Shown here: piece after piece, positions 39,268 to 49,390 of the stretch
Numbering within the stretch: the first letter of the stretch is position 1
Layout of the letters: every line of letters starts with the position of its first letter
Sequence record: SRR31156797_1896
Direction: 5' to 3' (one strand)
Length of the DNA stretch: 64,000 bases
Made by a program: the position numbers and the translations under genes
The notes under the pieces: generated by a model
Seen by the model: only the letters and a program-made list of their open reading frames with translations
The model's database searches: none
Told to the model about the DNA's origin: nothing

Positions 39268-39279
39268 ATCTTATATATT

Positions 39280-39732
39280 TTAATATTCTTTTTTCTCTAT
39301 AACCTTGCCGTTTTTATCAAACTTCAACCAGCTTCCGCTCTTTTTGCCGTCTTTATAATACATTTCATACACAATGTGACCATTCTCATCTGCAATAATC
39401 CATTTGCCATGTTTGACACCATTTTTGAAATTGGCAACGGCTATTTTCTTACCATTTTTGTTCCACCTGGTCCATTCTCCATCTTTTTCATTTAAATTAT
39501 AGGAGCGTAATTCTTTTTTTGTTCCATCCTCAAAGTAGTACATCATTTCTCCATGTTTCAAACCATCTTTGAAATGTAATGAAGCTTTAATAGTACCATT
39601 ATCGTATTTTTGTGTTATGGCTCCAGTGAATAATTTATTATCAGGGCCATAAAATTTGCCATCTTTTTCTTCCAGTTGCCCAAAAGCAATCAAAGTGCTA
39701 AGCAAGAAAACAAATATTAATAAATAGCGCAT
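39280..39732 (-). CDS. Secreted MORN-variant repeat protein (YwqK-like)
   Basis: Signal peptide and repeated FKDGLKHG/FKNGVKHG/YKDGKKSG units. Confidence 0.85.
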   Translation of the reverse strand: MRYLLIFVFLLSTLIAFGQLEEKDGKFYGPDNKLFTGAITQKYDNGTIKASLHFKDGLKHGEMMYYFEDGTKKELRSYNLNEKDGEWTRWNKNGKKIAVANFKNGVKHGKWIIADENGHIVYEMYYKDGKKSGSWLKFDKNGKVIEKKEY

Positions 39733-39785
39733 ATATTATTAATTTAATGTAAACTTAATTTAAAGATAAGTCTTTAAGTTGAAAT

Positions 39786-39812
39786 AAAAAAAACCGAATG
39801 TTGCCATTCGGT
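39786..39812 (-). terminator. Probable terminator
   Basis: ACCGAATG-ttgc-CATTCGGT preceded by A8. Confidence 0.7.
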
Positions 39813-39839
39813 GATTTATATATTGTTTTCAACGGCGCA

Positions 39840-40181
39840 TTATTTTTCAATCATATCAAGTGAGACTGTTAAGTCTTTCTTTTCAGTAACATCAGTATTG
39901 ATTTTTTTCTCTTCGTAGCTAATGTAAGAAACCTTAATCGTAACATCGTTTTTATTTGGAGCTATCAGGGAAAAATTACCATCAAAATCTGTGTAGGCTT
40001 CGTGGTTTAATTCTTCGATAAATACTTTTACGCCTGTTAAAGCTTCTCCGGTTTTACTATCAATGATTTTTCCGTTTACCTCAACAGTTGCTGGAGCCAC
40101 TGGTTTGGCTTTGTCGTCGTTTTTTGCTGATAGGTTAAGAGCAAAAATAAGTGCGATTGAAATTACTAATATGCGTTTCAT
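39840..40181 (-). CDS. Stand-alone carboxypeptidase-regulatory-like domain protein
   Basis: Signal peptide followed by GKIIDSKTGEALTGVKV…TDFDGNFSL…SYISY. Confidence 0.88.
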   Translation of the reverse strand: MKRILVISIALIFALNLSAKNDDKAKPVAPATVEVNGKIIDSKTGEALTGVKVFIEELNHEAYTDFDGNFSLIAPNKNDVTIKVSYISYEEKKINTDVTEKKDLTVSLDMIEK

Positions 40182-40325
40182 AATTTTAAAGTTTAATTAT
40201 ATTGCGAAAATATGACGGTTATTTTGAATGAACGTTAAATGAATATTAACTAAATATTAAGTGTTTGAGGTTGATAAATAATTGAATATTTCTTTGAATA
40301 TATTTTTTTCTTCACATGAAATATG

Positions 40326-40333
40326 TATATTTG
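40326..40333 (+). promoter_or_regulatory. -7 promoter box for rpmH
   Basis: TATATTTG(CA). Confidence 0.7.
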
Positions 40334-40381
40334 CAGCCCTGAAACGAAAGAAATTTTATAACATTATAAAAGGAACGAACG

Positions 40382-40540
40382 ATGAAGCGTACATTTCAGC
40401 CTTCGAATAGAAAGAGAAGAAACAAACAAGGTTTCCGTGAGCGCATGTCTACAAAGGCAGGACGCAAAGTATTAGCTCGTAGAAGAGCAAAAGGTCGTAA
40501 GAAACTTACTGTCTCAGATGAGATGGCAGTAAAAGGTTAA
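40382..40540 (+). CDS. rpmH: 50S ribosomal protein L34
   Basis: Below the ORF-track length cutoff. Read by hand as [52 protein letters not shown]. Confidence 0.98.
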   Translation: MKRTFQPSNRKRRNKQGFRERMSTKAGRKVLARRRAKGRKKLTVSDEMAVKG

Positions 40541-40599
40541 TTGAAATTCTTAAAATTAACATAAGGGAGTAAAGGCTTTTGTCTTTACTTTTTTTGTAT

Positions 40600-41694
40600 A
40601 TGGACATTTCGAATCTTGACAATATTGTTCTTAAAGCAAATAGCTTTGAAAGGTTATCATTGGACGAAGCTCTGCTATTAGCTAATAATTCAACAATTCC
40701 ACAACTTGGAAGTATTGCTAATCGTATTAATACGCATAAAAGCAAGAATAAGGTTTATTTCAATCGTAACATACATATTGAACCTACTAATGTTTGTATT
40801 AACCATTGCTTGTTTTGCTCTTATCGTAGACGAAGAGGTCAGAATGGAAGCTGGGAATATTCAATTGATGAAATGATTGATATTGCTCAAAAAGCAGTCG
40901 ATAAAGACTCACAGCTTACAGAATTTCATATTGTTGGTGGTGTTCATCCGGATAGAGGCTTATCTTTTTACATAGAATTGATAACAGAATTACATCTTAA
41001 ATTTCCACATGTGCACATTAAAGCGTTTACCGCTGAGGAAATTGTGCAAATGTGTAAAGTTGAAAGTTTACCCGTAAGAGAAGGACTTGAAAAATTAATT
41101 GGTGCCGGATTAAACTCATTGCCTGGAGGTGGTGCTGAAATTTTTAATTCGGAAATAAGAAGAAAAATTTGTCCTGATAAAATTTCAGGTGATAAGTGGC
41201 TAGATGTCCATCAAATTGCTCATGAATTTGGAATTCATACTAACGCAACAATGCTTTATGGGCATTTTGACAATATGAAAGATAGGTTAGAACATCTGTT
41301 GTCCATAAGGAATTTGCAGGATAAAACAGGCATGTTTAATGCGTTTATTCCTTTGAAATTTAAGTCTACAAATAACAAAATGAGCCATTTGGGTGAAGTT
41401 GATATTTTGGAGGATATTCGAACATATGCCATTTCAAGAATTTTTCTTGATAATATACCTCATATCAAAGCTTATTGGCCAATGTTGGGGATAGATCAGG
41501 CATTGCTTTTATTGCATTTTGGAGTTGATGATATGGATGGAACCATTTCTGATACAACAAAAATATATAGTATGGCAGGTAGTAAGAAGAATCCGGCAAT
41601 GCACTCTGAACAGCTCGTTAATCTTATTCAAAAGAACAATAAGATTCCAGTAGAAAGAAACAGTGTGTATGACGAACTGAAAATTTATTCCTAA
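40600..41694 (+). CDS. mqnE: CofH-family radical SAM enzyme, likely aminofutalosine synthase
   Basis: YFNRNIHIEPTNVCINHCLFCSY (CxxxCxxC), EFHIVGG, PGGGAEIF, TNATMLYGH, HIKAYW and FGVDDMDGT, the MqnE-type signatures. Confidence 0.85.
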   Translation: MDISNLDNIVLKANSFERLSLDEALLLANNSTIPQLGSIANRINTHKSKNKVYFNRNIHIEPTNVCINHCLFCSYRRRRGQNGSWEYSIDEMIDIAQKAVDKDSQLTEFHIVGGVHPDRGLSFYIELITELHLKFPHVHIKAFTAEEIVQMCKVESLPVREGLEKLIGAGLNSLPGGGAEIFNSEIRRKICPDKISGDKWLDVHQIAHEFGIHTNATMLYGHFDNMKDRLEHLLSIRNLQDKTGMFNAFIPLKFKSTNNKMSHLGEVDILEDIRTYAISRIFLDNIPHIKAYWPMLGIDQALLLLHFGVDDMDGTISDTTKIYSMAGSKKNPAMHSEQLVNLIQKNNKIPVERNSVYDELKIYS

Positions 41695-41732
41695 AAAATG
41701 CGTTCCTTTATCTGTCCTAATTTCAAAGATTT

Positions 41733-41740
41733 TATCTTTG
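41733..41740 (+). promoter_or_regulatory. -7 promoter box for the PASTA gene
   Basis: TATCTTTG. Confidence 0.55.
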
Positions 41741-41759
41741 TGATATAAAATTTAATAGA

Positions 41760-42560
41760 ATGGAATTTTTGCGTTTTCTTAAATCAAAAGTATTTGGCAA
41801 ACATTTATTAATAGCGATAGCTTCATTTATCGTATTTATTTGGCTAATCTTTTTCATCTTAAAGCTTTACACACATCATGGACAGGCACTGCTTGTTCCT
41901 GATTTTACCGGATTAACAGAAAACGAAGCAATGGAATTAGCTGATGATAAGGATTTAACTATTGAAGTTGCCGATTCAGTTTTTATAGAAGGGAGAATAA
42001 AAGGAACAGTTGTTGACCAAAATCCAAGACCTGATTTTAAAGTAAAAGAAGGGCGTACAATATTCCTAACTATTAATGCGTTTAACCAGGCAAAGGTGCC
42101 TATTCCAAACACTGTAGGAGTATCTTACAGGCAGGCAAAAGTTTCTTTGGAAGCTGCGGGATTAAAAGTTGGCAGATTAATTTACAGACCTGATCCAATG
42201 AAAAATTATGTGATAGAACAAAGAAGGCATGGGAGTATAATTGACCCTGGAACCATGATACCGAAAGATAGTAAAATTGATCTTGTGTTAGGAAAAGGTT
42301 ACGGAAGTCAATATCAAGCAGTACCAGATATAATTGGATTGGGAAAAAATGAAGCCTTCCAAATTATCAATGATAAATATTTTAATGTAGGTGGAGTGCT
42401 TTATGATGAATCAGTGTTAACATACAGCGATTCATTAAACGCTAAAGTATATGATCAAAAACCTGCTCCTGAAAGAAGAATAAAAATGGGTTCTTATATT
42501 GATATTTGGTTAACTGTAAAAGAAGATAAGTTTAAAAACGATTCGATTGATGCAAATTAA
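41760..42560 (+). CDS. PASTA domain-containing membrane protein
   Basis: N-terminal TM segment, YTHHG, and three PASTA units (VPDFTG, IPNTVG, VPDIIG). Confidence 0.93.
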   Translation: MEFLRFLKSKVFGKHLLIAIASFIVFIWLIFFILKLYTHHGQALLVPDFTGLTENEAMELADDKDLTIEVADSVFIEGRIKGTVVDQNPRPDFKVKEGRTIFLTINAFNQAKVPIPNTVGVSYRQAKVSLEAAGLKVGRLIYRPDPMKNYVIEQRRHGSIIDPGTMIPKDSKIDLVLGKGYGSQYQAVPDIIGLGKNEAFQIINDKYFNVGGVLYDESVLTYSDSLNAKVYDQKPAPERRIKMGSYIDIWLTVKEDKFKNDSIDAN

Positions 42561-44388
42561 GTTTTATAGTAGTAAAGCATTATTATTCATAGTTTTTTTG
42601 ATTATGCCTTTTTTGGGCTTTAGTCAAGAATACCTTAATGAACTTTCTGAAAATATTCAAATTAAAAAGTCTCTTAAATCACAACCGCATATATTCAAAA
42701 CTGGCGTTAATAGTGTAATTGAGCTACCGTTTTTTGATGACTTTTCAACTGACTCAATATTTCCTGACGAAATTAATTGGCTGGATAGAACCGTTTATAT
42801 TAATGATAATTATGGAATAAACCATCCAACCGTGAATGTAGCTACTTTTGATGCAATAAACCAATACGGTAGACTTTATGCATTTCCTGATACTGCCTCC
42901 ACAATGAATGGTGATACACTTACATCAACGTATATTAATGCGTCATCTTATTTGGTATCAGATAGTTTGTACTTGTCCTTTTTTGTACAGGGAGGAGGCA
43001 TGGGAAATATTCCACAAACTAAAGACAGTATCTTCTTACAGTTCAAATATAAAAGCACTGATACAACTTATTGGAAAACTGTTTGGAGTAAGTTAGGAGA
43101 ACAAATGCAAAACTTTGAAGCAGTTATCATTCCCCTAAATGAGCAGGAGTTTATTCATGATAGTTTACAATTTAGGTTTATTAATAAGTTTTCATTAGAA
43201 TATGCCGGAATGAACTGTGACCATTGGAATCTGGATTATATTTATTTAGATGCAGGTCGCTCTGTGAATGATTCCCTGATAGATGAAGTGGCTTACACCG
43301 AAAATGTAAATAAAATATTTAATTCTTATAGTGCAGTACCCTGGAGAGATTATAAATTGTTTTATAATGATATTGTAGATGCTGCTTTGCTAAGATTTCG
43401 CAATTACAAAGAGCAAGTAATGAATATGACACCATATATAAAATGGACTAATCTTTATACTAATGATTCTGATAGTGTTGGAACAATAGCAAACAATTAC
43501 CAACCCAATACATATTATGAGCAGGAATTTCAAATTACAAATAATCTATTCGAGTTGAATGATAGTGATTCTGCAAGATTTAAACTTGAAACTAAATATA
43601 TTATTAGTGAAAATGATTATCCCGGTAATAATAAAACAAGTCGAATAATTGACTTTTATAACTATTATGCATACGATGATGGTTCTGCTGAGGGAATGTA
43701 TGGTGTGAGTAATAAATTTGGAATGATAGCTGTGAAATTCAATACATTTTCACAAGATAGTCTAAAGGCCGTAAGGATTTTCTTTAACAATAGCAAAAAT
43801 GATGAAAACCGTTATTTTAACCTGATGGTTTGGGATGAAGGAGGTGCCGGTCCAGGTGAAGTGCTTTATAAAAAGACTCGCAATAAACCTGCTGATACTA
43901 TAAATGACTTTGTTACCTACGAATTTGATAGCGCTGTTGCTGTTGGAACTACTTTCTACATTGGTTGGCAGAAAATTACAGACTTAAGATTAAATATGGG
44001 ATTCGATAAAAACTTTATTGCATACCAAAAGAATTATTATAATGCCAATGGTTCCTGGGAGCTATCCCAATTTGAGGGATCATTAATGATTCGCCCTGTA
44101 ATGCGCGAAATGTTCGCATTTAAAAATACTTATGATGAAATTCAAGAACCTGAACTTGACAATACCAGGTTCAAAATTTATCCAAACCCGCTATCAAAAG
44201 ATGGGCTTTTGCATATACAAACAAGCATTGAAACTTATACAGTAAAGGTGTTTGATCAATTGGGAAGATTAATTCTTGATCAACATCAAGATGGTGTAGT
44301 GGATATGTCTCAATTTGAAACTGGCTTATATATAGTTCGGCTTTCAGCTCAAAATGAGAACTATACATATAAAATCATAAAACAGTAA
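42550..44388 (+). CDS. T9SS type A sorting domain protein
   Basis: Motifs LPFFDDFS, DHWNLDYIYL, YYAYDDGSAE and GSLMIRP; C-terminal domain FKIYPNP…GLYIVRL…YKIIKQ. Confidence 0.88.
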   Translation: MQIKFYSSKALLFIVFLIMPFLGFSQEYLNELSENIQIKKSLKSQPHIFKTGVNSVIELPFFDDFSTDSIFPDEINWLDRTVYINDNYGINHPTVNVATFDAINQYGRLYAFPDTASTMNGDTLTSTYINASSYLVSDSLYLSFFVQGGGMGNIPQTKDSIFLQFKYKSTDTTYWKTVWSKLGEQMQNFEAVIIPLNEQEFIHDSLQFRFINKFSLEYAGMNCDHWNLDYIYLDAGRSVNDSLIDEVAYTENVNKIFNSYSAVPWRDYKLFYNDIVDAALLRFRNYKEQVMNMTPYIKWTNLYTNDSDSVGTIANNYQPNTYYEQEFQITNNLFELNDSDSARFKLETKYIISENDYPGNNKTSRIIDFYNYYAYDDGSAEGMYGVSNKFGMIAVKFNTFSQDSLKAVRIFFNNSKNDENRYFNLMVWDEGGAGPGEVLYKKTRNKPADTINDFVTYEFDSAVAVGTTFYIGWQKITDLRLNMGFDKNFIAYQKNYYNANGSWELSQFEGSLMIRPVMREMFAFKNTYDEIQEPELDNTRFKIYPNPLSKDGLLHIQTSIETYTVKVFDQLGRLILDQHQDGVVDMSQFETGLYIVRLSAQNENYTYKIIKQ

Positions 44389-44392
44389 TCTG

Positions 44393-45418
44393 ATGGAGGA
44401 GAATGGGCAGGAGATGTATGAACATTTCCAATTCACTGCTGATCCCGGTCAAAAACCACTGAGAATAGATCGCTATTTGGTTGATAGAATTGAAAATGCA
44501 AGTCGAAATAAGATACAGGAAGCTGCATCTGCTGGTTACATATTTGTTAATGATTCTCCAGTTAAAGCAAACTATAAAGTAAAACCCGGAGATGATATTC
44601 GGGTAATGATGAGTCAACCTCCTCGTGAAATTGAAATTATACCTGAAGATATTCCACTAGATATTATTCATGAAGATGATAGTCTTATTGTAGTGAATAA
44701 ACCTGCCGGTCTTGTTGTTCACCCCGGTTATGGAAACTATACAGGAACTTTAGTTAATGCATTGGCATGGCATTTTAAAGATTTGCCATTGTTTAAAGAT
44801 AAAAAAGATCCGCGTCCGGGTTTAGTGCACCGCATTGATAAAAATACATCAGGCCTTTTGGTCATTGCCAAAACAGAAATTGCTAAGGTAAAATTGGCTG
44901 AGCAGTTTGCTGACCATACTTCCCAAAGAACTTATCAGGCTTTAATTTGGGGAAGTCCGAAAGAAGATGAGGGTAGAATAGAAGGGCATATTGGTCGATC
45001 GCTAAAAAATAGAAAAGTAATGACCGTTTTTCCTGAAGGTGAATATGGTAAACATGCTATTACTCATTATAAAGTACTCCACCGTTACGATTATGTAAGT
45101 TTAATAGAATGCAAGCTTGAGACCGGAAGAACTCATCAAATACGGACGCATATGAAGTTCATTGGTCATCCAATATTTAATGACAATGAATATGGTGGTG
45201 ATGCAATTTTAAAAGGTACAACATTTACTAAATATAAGCAGTTTGTACGTAACTGTTTTGAAGTCTGTCCGCGACAGGCTCTTCATGCAAAAACATTAGG
45301 TTTTGTGCATCCAGAGAGTAAAAAAATGATGCATTTTGATTCAGATTTACCATCAGACATGAAAGAATTGCTATCCAGGTGGGATAATTATTTACAAAAT
45401 CGAATCGAAAAGTCTTAA
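44393..45418 (+). CDS. rluD: RluA-family pseudouridine synthase (RluD-like, with S4 domain)
   Basis: S4 domain RIDRYL…SRNKIQ; motifs VNKPAGLVVHP, VHRIDKNTSGL, LETGRTHQIR and QALHA. Confidence 0.9.
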   Translation: MEENGQEMYEHFQFTADPGQKPLRIDRYLVDRIENASRNKIQEAASAGYIFVNDSPVKANYKVKPGDDIRVMMSQPPREIEIIPEDIPLDIIHEDDSLIVVNKPAGLVVHPGYGNYTGTLVNALAWHFKDLPLFKDKKDPRPGLVHRIDKNTSGLLVIAKTEIAKVKLAEQFADHTSQRTYQALIWGSPKEDEGRIEGHIGRSLKNRKVMTVFPEGEYGKHAITHYKVLHRYDYVSLIECKLETGRTHQIRTHMKFIGHPIFNDNEYGGDAILKGTTFTKYKQFVRNCFEVCPRQALHAKTLGFVHPESKKMMHFDSDLPSDMKELLSRWDNYLQNRIEKS

Positions 45419-45481
45419 TAGATTTTTTAAAATAGCTTTTTTCAAACTACTTTTGATCAACTAATTCTCAAAATCTGGTTT

Positions 45482-46471
45482 ATGAAGAAAAAGATTGCTT
45501 TGGTATCAGGTGGTTATTCCAAAGAAGATGTTGTATCATTTAATAGTGCAAAAGAAATTGCTGTTAGTATTGATCCTGAGAGATTTGAAGTTTACCAAGT
45601 TTTAATTAATAAAGAGAAGTGGGTCTATATAGCAAAGACTGGCAAAGAATATCCTATTGATAAAAATGATTTTTCTGCAAATATTGATGGTAAATATCTG
45701 AGATTTGATGCAGTATTTATCACTATTCATGGTACTCCCGGTGAAGATGGAAAATTACAAGGGTATTTTGATATGATCAACCTACCATATACAACAAGTA
45801 ATGCTTTTACTTCATCCTTAACATTCAATAAAGTAGCAACAAAAAGGTATTTAGAAGCATTAGGAATTAGAACGGCTCCATACATATTTCTAAGAAAAGG
45901 AGAGGAATACAATGTAATTGAAATTGTTACACAGCTAAAGTTGCCACTTTTTGTAAAACCTAACGCTGGAGGAAGTAGCTTCGGTGTAACTAAGGTTAAG
46001 GATGTTGAAGAATTGAAACCTGCTATAGAAAAAGCATTTGTTGAAGATTCTGAAATTTTAATTGAATCTTTTATTGAGGGTACTGAAGTGACATGTGGTT
46101 TGATAAAAACGGAATCTCAAGAATTGATTTTCCCTGCTACAGAGATCGTAAGCAAGAATGATTTCTTTGATTATAACGCAAAATATCACGGAGAAGCTGA
46201 TGAAATAACTCCAGCTAGAATTTCAGATACTGAAATGCATGCAGTAAAGAAATTGTCCTCAGAAATATATGATGCGTTTAATTGCTTTGGCATTGTGAGA
46301 ATAGATTTCTTAATGCAAAAGGATTTGTTATATGTAATTGAGATAAATACTGTGCCTGGAATGAGTGCTGCAAGTATAGTTCCTCAGCAAGCAGAGGCTT
46401 ATGGTATGTCAACCCGTGATTTATTTACAATTGTACTTGATGCAACGATTGATTGCTCAATTAATAGATGA
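45482..46471 (+). CDS. ddl: D-alanine--D-alanine ligase
   Basis: Motifs GGYSKE, IHGTPGEDG, FVKPNAGGSSFG, FFDYNAKY and EINTVPGMS. Confidence 0.97.
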   Translation: MKKKIALVSGGYSKEDVVSFNSAKEIAVSIDPERFEVYQVLINKEKWVYIAKTGKEYPIDKNDFSANIDGKYLRFDAVFITIHGTPGEDGKLQGYFDMINLPYTTSNAFTSSLTFNKVATKRYLEALGIRTAPYIFLRKGEEYNVIEIVTQLKLPLFVKPNAGGSSFGVTKVKDVEELKPAIEKAFVEDSEILIESFIEGTEVTCGLIKTESQELIFPATEIVSKNDFFDYNAKYHGEADEITPARISDTEMHAVKKLSSEIYDAFNCFGIVRIDFLMQKDLLYVIEINTVPGMSAASIVPQQAEAYGMSTRDLFTIVLDATIDCSINR

Positions 46472-47199
46472 AAATATTAGGTGTAGATGGTTGCCCATAT
46501 GGCTGGATTGGTATTAGGGTTGATAAATCTAATAACTGGCATTACTTCCTTGAAAAATCGTTGCAAAACCTTATTTTAATTTCAGAAGCGGATATTTGTT
46601 TTATTGATATCCCTATCTCATTAAGTATTGATCAAGCTGTAAGAGTTTGTGATGTTCAATTGAGAAGTCTTTTACCCAAAAAATATAAATCTTCTGTTTT
46701 TAATGCACCGATAAAAGGAGTATTAAAAGCCAAATCTTATAAAGAAGCTTGTGGTATTAGCCAAAAGATTACAGGTAAAAAGATATCAATCCAATCATGG
46801 AACTTGGTTTCTAAAATAAATGAGGTTGATACCCTAATCAATAAAGATGATGGATTAGCAAGTTTATTTAAAGAATCTCATCCTGAGTCATTTTTCTTTC
46901 GATTGAATAATAGTTGCCCACTTAGTTTTAATAAAAGGACAAAGGCTGGCAGAGAGGAAAGACTGGAGTTGTTAAACAGGCTTTATGAAGGTTCATTTGA
47001 AATATATGAAAGAGTCATTGAAGAAACATATAGAAGAGACGTAAAATACGATGATGTATTGGATGCTATGGTTTTATCTCTATTTGGTGCAATTGTGTAT
47101 CCTGATGATATTCAAATGCTACCTGACAATCCTATTGTTGATAAAAATGGGAGTCTTCAGAATGTCTTTATTCCTAAAAGAAAAAGCTACCTCAATTGA
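46468..47199 (+). CDS. DUF429 family predicted RNase H-like nuclease
   Basis: Motifs ILGVDGCPYGW, IDIPI, R-x-CD, SSVF, ESHPE and DDVLDA. Confidence 0.85.
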   Translation: MKILGVDGCPYGWIGIRVDKSNNWHYFLEKSLQNLILISEADICFIDIPISLSIDQAVRVCDVQLRSLLPKKYKSSVFNAPIKGVLKAKSYKEACGISQKITGKKISIQSWNLVSKINEVDTLINKDDGLASLFKESHPESFFFRLNNSCPLSFNKRTKAGREERLELLNRLYEGSFEIYERVIEETYRRDVKYDDVLDAMVLSLFGAIVYPDDIQMLPDNPIVDKNGSLQNVFIPKRKSYLN

Positions 47200-47210
47200 G
47201 ATAGCTTTTT
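47181..47210. terminator. Bidirectional terminator overlapping the DUF429 stop codon
   Basis: AAAAAGCTA-CCTCAATTGAGA-TAGCTTTTT. Confidence 0.75.
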
Positions 47211-47230
47211 GTATTTAGCGTATTCTAAAC

Positions 47231-48538
47231 TTAGAAGTTTGTGGTAATGGTGTGTTTATACAGCTTTTCAGTAAAGCTTTCACCAGTAGCTTTTGATTTA
47301 TAATAAATCATACCATTTACTAATGGAGTCGCGTTTGAACTATATTCTGAAATTTTGAGGTCTTTGTCAACTTCAAGTACTAGTTCATGATCACCTTTTC
47401 CTTCAAATGTTTTGTTAACGTTATTGAATGAAATAGGTGAAATCTTATCATATTTTAATACAACGCGGTCAATTACAAATGGGCTATCATATTTTGAGTG
47501 AATATTAAATGTAATTTTTACATTTTTAGCTATTTCACTATCCATTTCTCCAGCATTCATAAGAATATCACCATTTAAGTGGATTTTAACTTTATCTTCA
47601 TTAATGTTAAAGTAAAAATCATGTTTGAGTGTATTATACTTAATTGAATGACGAATATTTACTCGATTATCTGGATCATCAAAACAATATTGTGGATCGT
47701 ATTCTATTTTCCATCCGGTTTTTGTAGGCTCTATACTTGTAACTGTAGCACATTTGTTAGGTACAATTACACGAGGTTTTTTTGATGCAAAAACAGTTTG
47801 GTCACCAATAACCAATGAATATTCAATCAACCCTTTTCTGTTAACCTCTGGGTTTACAGTAACAGATTGCAGACGTGTTTTAAGTTGCGTCATACCTGTG
47901 ATGGCTTGATCTTTACGTGGCCCTGGGAAACGCTCTTTAAGTTGATCTAATTCCTTTATGGCGCCTTCCATTGCTTCAATTGAAGTCATAGATTCAATAT
48001 TATCAAGAATACCATTTAATTGCTTGGTCAATTCACGATCAATTTTTTCAAAAGCCATTACCAGCTTTTTCAATTCTCCTTCTGAGAATGGATATTTAAC
48101 ATGGTAATGGAAAATACCTGTTCCAGCTTTTTTATCTCTTAATTCTTCCCAATAAAACTCTTCAGCTTTTGTAAGTGATATACCTTTTACAAATGAAACA
48201 TCTGCAGATTTAGATTGAGTAGTTGACTCATAGTTTTCTGCATAACTGCTTAAATTATTTAGCATGTCTTCTTTCCGAGTCATTTTACTTTCGAATGTTA
48301 CATTTTCAGCAACAGCACGAATAATTTTCTCTTTAATTCTGATAAGCGCATCTTCTTTGGCTTTTTCAATATCTGAACCGGTTCCGACAATAATGATGTA
48401 ATCTTTAACCAATCCATTTATCCAACTTGGTGCTTTTCTTTGACTACTTTCTACAACCTTTTGCTGTGCATTCATTTGAATAGGAGCAAAGGCAAGGATC
48501 AATGTAGCAATAAGCAAAATATGTCCAATTTTTTTCAT
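47231..48538 (-). CDS. Secreted protein with LPP20-like N-terminal domain, coiled segment and beta-rich C-terminus
   Basis: Signal peptide, then KAPSWI…YIIIVGTGSDIEKAKEDALIRI…AVAENVTFES…EFYWEE. Confidence 0.65.
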   Translation of the reverse strand: MKKIGHILLIATLILAFAPIQMNAQQKVVESSQRKAPSWINGLVKDYIIIVGTGSDIEKAKEDALIRIKEKIIRAVAENVTFESKMTRKEDMLNNLSSYAENYESTTQSKSADVSFVKGISLTKAEEFYWEELRDKKAGTGIFHYHVKYPFSEGELKKLVMAFEKIDRELTKQLNGILDNIESMTSIEAMEGAIKELDQLKERFPGPRKDQAITGMTQLKTRLQSVTVNPEVNRKGLIEYSLVIGDQTVFASKKPRVIVPNKCATVTSIEPTKTGWKIEYDPQYCFDDPDNRVNIRHSIKYNTLKHDFYFNINEDKVKIHLNGDILMNAGEMDSEIAKNVKITFNIHSKYDSPFVIDRVVLKYDKISPISFNNVNKTFEGKGDHELVLEVDKDLKISEYSSNATPLVNGMIYYKSKATGESFTEKLYKHTITTNF

Positions 48539-48632
48539 AGGATTTGAATTTTGTATACGACTTCAATTTACAAAAAAAAATGAGAATGTCGCATTTATAA
48601 GTTTGAACGAATTGTTAACATCTCTTTTATAT

Positions 48633-48669
48633 AAAAAAATCAGTATCCGGTTTTACGGGATACTGATTT
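48633..48669 (-). terminator. Terminator after the LPP20 lipoprotein gene
   Basis: AAATCAGTATCC…GGATACTGATTT stem with an A-run. Confidence 0.8.
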
Positions 48670-48692
48670 AATTATAATGTTAATTTACATTA

Positions 48693-49274
48693 TTAGTTTT
48701 CTCTTTCAAGCTTATCCATTTCCTCGTCGAATTTTTCTTTAAACTTCATACGGTCATATTTAAGCTGAAGTTTTTTGTCTTTAGAAATTTTTTCGTCGAT
48801 TCCATTGTAAATGAAGTCTTTTTTAACCTGGATAGCAAGATAAGTCTCATAAAGTCCAGATTCACTGTTTGTTCCAGTTTTTTCACATGTAACTGCAACT
48901 TCAACAAGCTTTTGCTTTACAACGTCACGAGTCATTTGCTCAAAACTTTGCTCAAATTCACTGGCATCACCTACGTCAATTTCGTTTGTGTACTGCTCAG
49001 TTACTGACTTGATAGTTGAGTTAATAAGACCAGCAAGACGTGTTTTTGCATTAAGCATTGCTTTGTCTTTAGATGTTGCCAGGTTACGGCTTTTTCCGTT
49101 ACCTGCTGCACGGAAAAACTCTGAGTCAGAGTATCCTTTGTCCTGACATGGGATGTTAATTTCCTGGAAGCCAGAGTCTTTCTTAGCTGTTTCTTTAGGC
49201 CCACCGCAACTCATAAACGAAACTACGGCTAGCATCATGGTTACTGATAAAATTCCTTTCAATTTCATTTTCAT
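48693..49274 (-). CDS. LPP20-family lipoprotein
   Basis: Lipobox FMSC; FFRAAGNGKS…SKDKAMLNAKTRLAGLINSTIKSV. Confidence 0.75.
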   Translation of the reverse strand: MKMKLKGILSVTMMLAVVSFMSCGGPKETAKKDSGFQEINIPCQDKGYSDSEFFRAAGNGKSRNLATSKDKAMLNAKTRLAGLINSTIKSVTEQYTNEIDVGDASEFEQSFEQMTRDVVKQKLVEVAVTCEKTGTNSESGLYETYLAIQVKKDFIYNGIDEKISKDKKLQLKYDRMKFKEKFDEEMDKLEREN

Positions 49275-49390
49275 AACTGAAAAATTTAATGATTACATTG
49301 GTAAATTTGTGAATTTAATTCTTTTTAGACAAAATAATTTGGTGAATATCGGTGTTAATAATATATTAAATTTATTCAAAGCCCTGTACT

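Noticed and set aside
39280-39732. YwqK 'antitoxin' reading, implying a toxin-antitoxin system
   Set aside because: It is a generic MORN-variant repeat protein with a signal peptide, and no toxin gene is adjacent.
40200-40381. oriC near rpmH
   Set aside because: No dnaA gene is adjacent and I saw no cluster of TTATCCACA-type boxes.
40506-40745. 79-aa minus-strand ORF
   Set aside because: It is antisense to rpmH and mqnE, both well supported.
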